Part shown: piece after piece, positions 13,801 to 24,015 of the stretch
Layout: the number at the start of each line of letters is the position of its first letter
Position numbering within the stretch: position 1 is the stretch's first letter
Origin: Nageia nagi
Taxonomy: Eukaryota > Plantae > Pinophyta
Reading direction: 5' to 3'
DNA: 64,000 nt
Assembly: GCA_050084985.1 (NCBI GenBank)
Contig: JBITNC010000001.1
Location: 137,268,001-137,332,000, forward strand
The notes under the pieces: generated by a model
What the model was told of the DNA's origin: nothing
Database searches by the model: none
Seen by the model: only the letters and a program-made list of their open reading frames with translations
Position numbers and translations under genes: made by a program

Positions 13801-14756
13801 TGTGGATGATCTTTTGATTATTTAAAATAATGATGAAATAATTTAAGAGTACATATCCAAATTTAAGGCAATGTTTGAAATGATTGATCTTGATCTCTTA
13901 CACTCCTACCTTGAAATACAAGTATACCAATATAAGGATTGTACTTATTTTAGTCAATCTAAATATACATCTTACAAAAGTTTGGAATGGAGGAGTTAGA
14001 TATGCTACGATCCATGTCTCTCTTGGAATCTCTATTTCTTTGAGCTCCAACTCTCAGTTGGTTGATGCTATAGCTTATAAGCAATTAATTAGTAGTCTTT
14101 TGTATTTAACTATTTTTAGGCCAAATATTATCTTTGCAATGAATCTGATGGCATGATTCATATAGAAACCACATGTTGAACATCTCAATGTTGTAAAGTA
14201 AATCTTGAGGTATGTTGTAAGAACTAAGAATCTTGCTTTCAAGTATTCTAAGTTACCCTCATTTATTCTCTTTGAATTCTTAGATTCTGACTATGGAGGA
14301 GATAGAGATGATAGGAAATCAACCTCTATGTATATTTTTAGCATTGGTTCAGGTGCTATCTCTTAGGCTTCCAAGAAGTAACCTACTATTTCTCTTTCCA
14401 CCATAGAAGTCAGATACCATGCCATGTTTGTTGTATCCCAAGAATTTATTTGGCTAAGGCATATTCTAAAAGAAATTGGGTATGAGCAAGTTAGCTCATC
14501 TTTGATTTCTTCGAACAATCACTTAGCTATTTCTTTAGCTAAAAATCTTGTGCTCCATCAAAGAATAAAACATGTGAAAATCCAAATCCATTTTATCAAG
14601 GAGAAGGTTCTTGATGGCATCATACACCTAGAGTATTATCCATCCACCTTGAACTCCACTAATTTATTCATCAAGCCCCTCCCAGAAGCTCATTTTTGTA
14701 AGCTTAGGGATGCTATCGAGTTGGTGAAGTTTCCCTCAATGGGAGGTGAAGTTTGA
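10812..14756 (+). pseudogene. Copia gag-pol (disrupted)
   Basis: Zinc knuckle GNCNYYGIQGHKEVDC; protease region (ASSCTNHLC..VPKPRMNLLS); GAG-pre-integrase LWHQCLRYLN; integrase KGKTPFE-like/LKVFGC..KCIFVGY; RT QLDIKSAFLNGDL..LNKSLYGLK, LLYVDDLL; RNase H AISLAKNLVLHQRIKHV. Many stops. Confidence 0.92.
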
Positions 14757-15251
14757 ATTCTTATGTTGAATTCATGTTTATGATGACAACTTCACCCTTA
14801 GGTGGATTTTGTGCTATATAGTGTTGATTTTGTTATACACCTTCGTGGTAAGTTTGCTCTATGTGAGGAACTTATTGTATAAATTTTTAAGGCATAAATA
14901 TTGGCTAATATAGCACTGTTCAATTATCCATGTATGAAGAACTCTTATGTGTCTTTTGGCACTATTCAGTTATCTATATATGAGAAAATCGTATGTTCAT
15001 GCTCTATTTTGTAATGATAATCAACACATGTTTTATATACAATAGGTGATTATGAATTTTGGCTTGACATCTTCATGATGATTTATAGTGCACCATTGAT
15101 CAATTCCTGATGGAATTTGTATGATTCATCTATCCTTGTTGATATGAATATGTTGCATCTAACTAATTACACCGAGAGGCGTTTCTACAGCTGCAGCATG
15201 GGGGTGGAGTGGGGGAGAAAAATGTCGCATGTGAGTCCGTCCGTTAAACAA

Positions 15252-15263
15252 TTGGCGGGAAAA
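15252..15263 (+). promoter_or_regulatory. E2F-type site (TTGGCGGGAAAA = TTTTCCCGCCAA) in the CpG-rich 5' end of the Helitron, TATA-like TTATATAG ~20 bp downstream
   Basis: Exact match to the plant E2F consensus TTTSSCGS; function not shown. Confidence 0.45.
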
Positions 15264-15568
15264 TAATTTTTTTAAAATTAAAATTATATAGCCGACTGAA
15301 ATATTAAAAGACACATCTTTTCAAAAATTAATATATAAATGGAACGAAGAATATCAAACATCATAAAAAATCATTCCCAAATCAATCGAGAGATGTAGTG
15401 AATTCGAACAAGCAAAGTTAGAACAAAAGATTGTAAAAACAGAAGAGAACTTTAATTTTATTGTAAGTTAATTCTCTACTATTGTAAATATATTTTTACT
15501 GTAATATTTCTTATTTCTTATTTTACATACAATTTATACTCTGAATTCTTTTGCACTTCTGTTTGTAT

Positions 15569-17051
15569 AAAACTTTATCAAAAAATATCTCTAATGGATA
15601 TTGTCAAAATGCCTCTCATGGATATTGTCAAAATCGCAGTCTTTTCTCCAGTAAAAGTTAGGGTGTCGTTTAGAAGTACAAATCCATCGCATCCCTGCAA
15701 GAGAAACTTACAGAGATCACGATTATCCAACATATAAAAATAAAATTCATAAAGATATCTCCACATTCAGACATATTTTTTTGTGATAATCTTTATTGAC
15801 ATTGTCATACATTAACAAAACAGTCATGAAAATGAAGGCGAAGACTATGGATAACGCATGTGGACATGTTTTTTCATAAAAAGATGCGCTAAGTTGCGCA
15901 TGAGAGGTAATATAGCCATAGCATACAATCAATACCAGTCTGCATATCAACTCAATATTTTTTATCTTCGCCATCCTTCAAGACTGTGGGGACCTGAGAT
16001 GCACAGGGGAGTGCTTTAATAAGGATGGCATTCGATGGAGAAAGAATTTACATTTCTCCAAACTACAGAAAAGGGAGAAAACTTTATCAAAAAATATCTC
16101 TCATGGATATTATCAAAATCGTATTCTTTTCTCCAGTAAAAGTTAGGGTGTCGTTTAGAAGTACAAATCCATCGCATCCCTGCAAGAGAAACTTACAGAG
16201 ATCACGATTATCCAACATATAAAAATAAAATTCATAAAGATATCTCCACATTCAGACATATTTTTCTGTGATAATCTTTATTGACATTCTCATACGTTAA
16301 AAAAATAGTCATGAAAATGAAGGCGAAGACTATGGATAACGCATGTGGACATGTTTTTTCATAAAAAGATGTGCTAAGTTGTGCATGAGAGGTAATATAG
16401 CCACAGCATACAATCAATACCAGTCTGCATATCAACTCAATATTTTTTATCTTCGCCATCCTTCAAGACTGTGGGGACCTGAGATGCACAGGGGAGTGCT
16501 TTAATAAGGATGGCATTCGATGGAGAAAGAATTTACGTTTCTCCAAACTACAGAAAAGGGAGAAAACTTTATCAAAAAATATCTCTCATGGATATTGTCA
16601 AAATCGCAGTCTTTTCTCCAGTAAAAGTTAGGGTGTTGTTTAGAAGTACAAATCCATCGCCTCCCTGCAAGAGAAACTTACAGAGATCACGATTATCCAA
16701 CATATAAAAATAAAATTCATAAAGATATCTCCACATTCAGACATATTTTTCTGTGATAATCTTTATTGACATTGTCATACATTAACAAAACAGTCATGAA
16801 AATGAAGGCGAAGACTATGGATAACGCATGTGGACATGTTTTTTCATAAAAAGATGCACTAAGTTGCGCATGAGAGGTAATATAGCCACAGCATATAATC
16901 AATACCAGTCTGCATATCAACTCAATATTTTTTATCTTCGCCATCCTTCAAGACTGTGGGGACCTGAGATGCACAGGGGAGTGCTTTAATAAGGATGGCA
17001 TTCGATGGAGAAAGAAGTTACGTTTCTCCAAACTACAGAAAAGGGAGAAAA
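15569..17051 (-). repeat. Three tandem 485-bp units of a captured class III peroxidase gene fragment (TATA-like box, 5' UTR, exon 1, intron 1, start of exon 2)
   Basis: Units start at 15569, 16078 and 16563 (the first has an extra ~24-bp duplication). Each encodes a signal peptide + HAQLS(A/T)SFYEKTCPHALSIV, then out of frame LRLHFHDCFVN (copy 2 diverged), a GT..CAG intron, then GCDGFVLLNDTLTFTGEKTA. Confidence 0.93.
15635..15974 (-). pseudogene. Class III peroxidase fragment, copy 1 (exon 1 15974-15811 with frameshifting deletion, intron 15810-15695, exon 2 from 15694)
   Basis: Distal-His motif RLHFHDCFV and GCDG motif flank a 116-bp GT-AG intron at the conserved first-intron position; the gene is truncated after GEKTA. 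Copies 2 and 3 start at 16459 and 16944. Confidence 0.9.
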
Positions 17052-17789
17052 GCCAATGCATTCAATGCTTTACAAACCAAAACACGCAAATATGTGGCAA
17101 ATTGAAGCTTTAAGTTGGCTCAATGGAAAAGTAAAAAATTATCATACAGTTGCTTCTATTTTAGATGTTGTTTTCATTACGAATTTGTTTGATCAATAAC
17201 TTGGGAATTCATTCTATATTATATAAAGTCCAATAATCTGACAGGCTTTTTTTGAACAATAACTCAAGAATTCATTCTATATTAGATAAAGTTCAATAAC
17301 CTTAATAGATTTTCAAGACAAACTTTTTAATAGTTGAAAAATCATTATCATCCATATTGCTTTTGTGTAAATGCACTCCTGGGTCCCAACAGTTTCAGAT
17401 ACCATTCCCACAAGGAAGTCGCGTATAGATATGAAGTGGCATTTAGGAATAAGATATGTAGATTTTGTGTTCTATTGGAGATACATTATGCACCTATTTG
17501 AAGACATTAACTTCAATTAGTAACCTTAGATTCTCTTTTGAGTGTAAGAATTTAAAACTCTTTTTCTTATTTATTTATAACATATCATTAATATATGAGG
17601 GGATAGTTTGGAATCTGGGCTTTTTTTTTAAACACTTCTATGTTTACTTTCTTGTTAACTTTCTTAACATGAGTTAATTATTTAAGTATATTAATGCTTG
17701 AAAATTATGTAAATATCTTTAAGTTGTTATTTAAATAAATATAATGATGTATTCTCTTATGTTATTATAACAGACGACGATGTGAAAGA

Positions 17790-20700
17790 ATGACTGAAAG
17801 TGACAAAGAGAGAGAAAGACAAAGACAAAGAGAAAATCGAGCAAAACGTAGGGCAGAAATGACAAATGAACAAAAACAACGACAAAGAGCAATCGATTCT
17901 GAATGAAAGAGACAAACTCATGCTAATATGTCCAATGAAGAAAATGAAGAACAAAGAGCAATACACACTCAACAAATGAGAGAAACACGTGCAAAAATAT
18001 CAGAAGATCAAAGAGAAGAAGCATGCCAAAGATATATGAAACAACAAACAACAAACCAAGAAAATCAAACACAATTTCAACTTGAGGAGATTAGGAGAAA
18101 ACATGCGAATGACCGCCAACTTCAGCGTGCTAGACGAGCTGAGGAAGATAGTCAAAGAGAGGAAAGAATAAATCGTAATAATGTTCATGATAATGTAAGT
18201 GTTTCCGATGCATCCTCTTTTTTGAAAGAAATGCTAAAAATATAATTGTGGTGAGACAAACACAATATGAAGCAACTGAAATGGGAGAGACACCTCCAAC
18301 ACATCGTTTAAGAGAAGGAAATGTAGAAGGTTTACAAATGAATGCAAATCAAACAAATCATAATAGAACATATGGACATACTAATACAAATATTCAAATA
18401 GATTTCAAAGAAATACAAACCTTATTTCGAAGTCAACTACAAAAACTTGCATCACCATCGATGTGTTACATTTGCCAAGAATCTTATCCTGGAATGAAGG
18501 TGTTATCTACTACTGAAGGTCCGGCATGTAATAGATGTAGACAAGAGAAAATTCTTCCTCATCGATTTTCTTCCTCAAATCACATGGATCCTGGATCACA
18601 ACCATCAGAATTATCAAACTTAACACAAATTGAAGAAATGTTGATAGCACGTGTCAATCCAATATTACAAGTAACACATGCTACTGGAGGCCAATATAAG
18701 TACAAAGGGCATACAATTAGCTTTCCACAAGAAGTGAAACAAATTGCAAAGGTACTACCTCATCCTATAAATGAATTACCAGTCATTATTGTTCGAAGAA
18801 GAGATCAACGTGGTACAAATTATAATTTCACAGTAAATAAAGAGAGGGTCTTTAAAGCTTTGAAGTATAAGATAGAAAATGATAAGTTTTATAAGGATGT
18901 GCAAATTAATGAAGATGTTCTAAGAGATCTCCCAGCTAATACAGATACAAACATATTTAACATTCTAAACTCTGTTCATATGGAGTTTAATTCTGATATG
19001 AATGAATATGTAGTAATGGGTCCAACAATTGAGATGGATGAAGGAAATGTCATTAATCACACAACATCTATGGCCTATAAACCACCCAATGCACCAAGGG
19101 AGATGGAATTAATTCGTGCATGGGTCAACAACCCTAATGTAGAACCAATAACACTCATTGATTGGCCTGGAATTGGAGCATCTCCTATAAATGAGTATAT
19201 TACAGAAGGGTTGCTTGATATGGCATTTCCAACATTATTCCCAAATGGAAACTGTGATTGGATAGAACCAAGAAATAGAAAAGTTTATCTTCATGAATTT
19301 GCAAAACATTTATTACGATATAGAGATCATCATTTTGGAAAGCATCCAAGATTTAGGTATTTCATAATGAACATGATAATGAGACACCGTGCTCAGAATT
19401 CTTCAGCAGTGTTTGTGAAGAAGAGTCTTCAAGATTTGCCAACTACAATCCATGAATTGCGAGAACACATGGATAATATTCCCCAATCAAATTTAGCAGA
19501 TTGTTTAATGCATTTTGGCTCTACATTAAGAGGCACAAGATCTTATTGGACGAAGAGTCGTGCTAAATTAAGTGATTTATTACATCAAATTGGATCTCCA
19601 ACCATTTTTTTCACTTTAAGTGCAGCTGATATGTATTGGCCTGACCTTCATGCGTTAATGCCAGGAACATCCCCATCTGATTCAAGAGAAGCACAAAAAT
19701 GGCGAAGACAAAATATTATTGATTACCCACATATTGTAGCTCATTACATGCATCTATGAAATACAATTTTTCATAAAGAGGTATTGCAAAAACGAATGAA
19801 AGTCAAAGAATATTGGTGTAGATATGAATGGCAACATAGGGGATCTCCACATGTGCATGGTTTTCTATGGATAGAGGGAGCTCCAAACATGGATAATTTA
19901 GATTGGACAAGTGAAGAACAAGTGAAAAAAGCACAAACATATTTTGATAATATTGTGCATGCATGGAATCCTCGAGGAGACCCACATCAACGAAATATAC
20001 AGGTATGCATAAAGTATCTATTTTTTTAATTTTATGTTTTAAATACATATATATAATTAATAACCATTGTATATATTTCATAGCTTCTTCAAAATATTAA
20101 TCAACACCCATGTTTGAGGAATACACGTCAACTTGATCAAGTAGACTTAGATCTTGATTATGAAGAGATTCTCAATTGTGTTGAGCGTCACACTGTATGT
20201 AGAGAAGGTGCATGCTTACGCAAGAAAAGAGGAAAGATGGTTTGTAGGTAAATACTTATGACTACTTATATATATTTATAATTTTAAATTCATCATCCTT
20301 TATGTTAAACTAATTTTTCTTTTTATAGGTATAATGCACCATGGCCTTTATCTTTAGATGGATCCAAATTATATGAAGATCTAGAAACCAAAGATAAAAA
20401 GTATGAACCAATAAGAAATGATGATCGAGTCAATACACATAATCGACATATATTACAATTATGGAGAGCAAATGTAGATTGGCAACCTGTTCTATCAAAG
20501 CATGCTGTTATCAATTATATTGCTAAATATGCTGCTAAGGCTGAGAAAAGTTCAGAAACCTATCAAGAAATGTTGATGCGAATTACAAATTTAGAAAATG
20601 ATGATGATTTAGCAACAAGAGCATATAGGCGTCTTCTAACGGAAACAATTATTGAGAGAGATATAGGAGCACAAGAAACATGTCATATGTTATTAGAGCT

Positions 20701-22881
20701 TCCATTGGTTGAATGTAGTAGAGTTTTTATTTCTCTAAATGTTGGACGAAAAGTTTTCAAGGAGGTGGAAAATATTGATGAAGAAGAAACAGAAAGAAAT
20801 GGTAAATATTTAATTGATGGATATATTCAACGACCATGTATGATGGAAACTATCTCACTTATTGATGTAGCTAGATCATGGACATATAATCCAAGACGAA
20901 GAAGTGAGTTGAAATGGAGCACTAGAAAAAATGCAGCTATTGTGAGGGCATGGCCACGTTTTACGACCATTCCTGAAAAAGAATCAGAAAAATTTATTGA
21001 ATTTTGTTGGTCAGAGTTGTTACTTTACAAGCCATTTAGAAGTATAGAAAGAGATATCGGGGTTGATGATAGCACAATCATAACAAATTGGGAGGCATTC
21101 AACTATAGGCCTTGGCATATTGAGAGAATGAATAATATCCAAAATACAGAACAAGAATATCACAATGATTCAGAAGATGATGATGAACGAACAGTTCATC
21201 AGAACACTATAGAGAATGAATGGGAAATTATAGCCCAATTACATCGTGGAAATCACTTTACAAGGACAGAAATAGATATGCTTGGTAGAAGGGATGTTGA
21301 TAGACAAGCACAATGGGATAATGAATATATATTAGAAGAATACACAAAAAAAGCAATAAATTGGATAACCAGAATGAAACAAAATGGTGCATTTATTGAT
21401 GATGATGCCCCTTTAAATTACCTATATGAGAGCCTTAGCATAAAACAAAAACAAGCATATGATATAATAATGACACATTATAATCAGGAACAACATATAG
21501 ACCCTTTATATATGATAATTCAAGGAACAGCAGGAACAGGAAAATCGTATCTAATTGGAGCACTTCGTCAAGCATTTCAAGACTTACCATCTATAAAACA
21601 TTCTCCCCTTCTTTTACTTGCACCTACTGGAGTTGTTGCATTCAACATTGGTGCCACTACAATCCATGGAGCACTTCGAATTCCTATCACAGACTTTGAT
21701 AAATTAGAGGGATCAAGATTAAATACTTTTCAAGAAGATATGAAACATGTAAAATATATATTGATTGATGAAATGAGCTTCATAGGGTAGAAAATGTTGG
21801 AACACATAGATTCTCGCCTTCGAGAAGGTTTTCCAGAAAAATCAAATATATGTTTTGGAGGTAGGTCAATGATTTTAGTAGGTGATTTAGGACAGTTACC
21901 ACCTGTTATGGATAGACCACCATATGCCACTAATAGACATGCAAGATTATTATGGCAAAAGTTCACAACTGTTATAACATTAGATAGAGTATTTCGACAA
22001 GAAGGAGAGAGTGAAGATCAAAAAAGGTTTCGTCAACTTTTAATTAATTTAAGAGATGCAAATCCAACTGAAGATGATTGGAAATTATTGATGACAAGAA
22101 CAAATTCAAATCTAGATTCGGCTATAAGGGATGATTTTGATCAGAATATTCATCTATTTGCAACTAATGAAAATGTGCATAATCATAACAGGTATGAATT
22201 TATTTTAAATAAATCCATTTTTTAGAATTTTGAATTACTTGCTAATTTTTGATATAATATTAATATATTGCTAACTAATGAAATATTTTTTATCATAATA
22301 GGTTACAACTACTCAAGTTAAATTTTCCAGTAGCACGTAGTATTGCAACAAAATTAGGGAGCACAAAACAAGGAGGGGGTGATAGTGAAGAGCTTGAAAT
22401 TGAGTTATTAATTGCAAATAATGCAAGAGTTATGCTAACATCTAACTTATGGATAGAAGCTGGACTTGTTAATGGTGCTTTGGGATATGTTAGAAAAATT
22501 GTATACAAACCAGGGAATTCTCCACCTGATCTACCAACATATGTTATGGTAGAATTTGATCATTTTACAGGATGTTCACTTGAAGGTAAAGCTGTTCCAA
22601 TTATACCTATAGAAAGAGGTCGAACACATCAACTTCCATTACGATTGGCTTGGGGCTTAACAATACATAAATCACAAGGTTTGACACTTAATAAAGCAAC
22701 AATAGATATTGGAGAAAGGGAAAGGCAAGGTTTAACATTTGTTGCTATATCTCGCATCAAAGCATTGGATGGACTTAGAATTTTAGCACCGTTTCCATAT
22801 GATCGTTATGCAAAATTGAAATCAGGAAAAGGAGTTGTGCAAAGGAAAGCTGAAGAAGAAAGACTCAAATCTTTGGAGTAA
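17790..22881 (+). pseudogene. Rep/Helicase (RepHel) transposase, ~1600 aa, intron-containing, few inactivating lesions
   Basis: 23-aa N-terminal repeats; CYIC..CNRC; LTQIEEMLIAR..YKGHTISFPQ (DUF6570-like); GSPTIFFTLSAAD; HUH motif RYEWQHRGSPHVHGFLW; Y2 motif YIAKYAAK; PIF1 motifs GTAGTGKS, LLAPTG, DEMS, GDLGQLPPV, TIHKSQG, VAISR. GT-AG introns 20003-20083, 20248-20328 and 22192-22301 splice in frame. Stops at 17904, 19757 and 21788; frame break near 18195-18250. Confidence 0.92.
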
Positions 22882-23062
22882 ACAAAAATCAATATTACTA
22901 TGATTAATTTTGATTTTTTTTAAATCTTACTCAATATTATTTGTCAATGACTCCTTATGTATGAGTCATATTCATTTGTTAAACATTATTTTTAAAATAA
23001 TATTTGCATTTGTATTGTATCTCTTAATATTATAATTCAATAATCACGTGATGATGGATGCC

Positions 23063-23220
23063 ACTAGCTTTGATATAACCCCTTATATATCAAAAAATGT
23101 CGAGAGATATCATTTCGAGGTGCCTATCTCATTTCTTGGTATTGCTATATCCAAGATAGGCACCTCTAAATGATATCTCTCGGCATTTTTTGATATATAA
23201 GGGGTTATATCAAAGCTAGT
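23063..23220. repeat. 158-bp fold-back (67-bp arms, 2 mismatches) forming the Helitron 3' end
   Basis: ACTAGCTTTGATATAACCCCTTATATATCAAAAAATG(T/C)CGAGAGATATCATTT(C/A)GAGGTGCCTATCT at 23063-23129 is the reverse complement of 23154-23220. Confidence 0.95.
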
Positions 23221-23517
23221 CTTATTATTTGAGCTACTTATGAATTACAAGTTCCTTTGAGATTGCAAGTTATTTACTTTGAGTATACAGGCTCTTTGAA
23301 ACTCTTCATGACTTCCAATTGGATAACTACTTCATGTACATTGAAATCGATTGTGGTTAATGATTGTATTTGGCAAAGTAGTGAGTCTCAAACTAGATCT
23401 TGCTTAATTCACAAAGATGTAAAAATTTCTCATCTTCATTTGTATCTATTTGGAGGAGAACTCTCTTTCTCTTCTTCTCTCTTATTCACTATATCCCAAT
23501 ATTGCATTAAGAAGGAG

Positions 23518-24015
23518 TGTTGAAATGTATAATGCTTTATTGTAAAGGTTTATATTAGTCCTCTTTGTAAATTCACTAATACTTAAAGGTATCACTATAT
23601 ACCTTAAGTATTTAAGTGAATATGATAATGTAACTTGTCTTACACTCTATGTCATGAGCATACCCCTTGGGTAAAAGGGAGTGCATGTCATGCCTTTGTA
23701 CATTGGGTAAAAAGGTGATGCAAAGAGGGATTTTGGCCTATAAATAGAAAGCTCCCTCTTTGTTATCACACACCAATTTGTGGAGTAAAGTTATGCTAGA
23801 ATATAGTGTTTAGGATTTTAGGTTAGAAAGATTGTAATAGTTCATATTTAAGATTAAGAGAGATCTAGTTAGTGGACGTACTCCTAGTTGGAGGAACCAC
23901 TTACATCTTGTGTTATGTTTGTTAGATTGCTTTGTGAGTTTGTTAGATGTGAATTGTGATCTTTCATGTGATCTTGGAAGTTTAGAGTTGTTTAGTTTAT
24001 AGTTCAACTCTTTCA
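23518..24015 (+). repeat. Copia 3' LTR
   Basis: TGTTGAAATGTATAATGC...TTCAACTCTTTCA, preceded by a purine tract. Confidence 0.93.

Larger units (their letters stand above)
15158..23219 (+). mobile_element. Near-autonomous Helitron-like rolling-circle transposon (Helentron/Helitron2-type RepHel with TC...CTAG ends)
   Basis: 5' A|TCTAACTAATTAC, 3' TATATCAAAGCTAG|T, no TSD; internal RepHel; both end regions have homologs in the short element at 47060-47475. Confidence 0.88.
7382..24015 (+). mobile_element. Full-length decayed Ty1/Copia LTR retrotransposon, interrupted by a Helitron-like element
   Basis: Two 498-bp TG...CA LTRs (7382-7879, 23518-24015); PBS TGGTATCAAAGCC at 7882; PPT AAGAAGGAG before the 3' LTR; imperfect TSD CAATG/AAATG; gag-PR-INT-RT-RH order. 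Confidence 0.93.

Noticed and set aside
15200-15216. G-quadruplex at the Helitron 5' end (GGGGGTGGAGTGGGGG)
   Set aside because: Only two long G-runs, and they are not kept in the 47-kb copy.
16025-16707. Plus-strand 65-aa ORFs repeated in the 485-bp units
   Set aside because: Antisense to peroxidase UTR/exon sequence and spanning unit junctions; repeated only because the DNA is repeated.
15747-16944. Functional tandem peroxidase gene cluster
   Set aside because: All copies share a frameshifting deletion and lack most of exon 2 onward, including the proximal His.
20570-22881. Cellular PIF1 helicase gene
   Set aside because: Fused in frame, after splicing, to a HUH/Y2 Rep domain and bounded by transposon ends inside a Copia.
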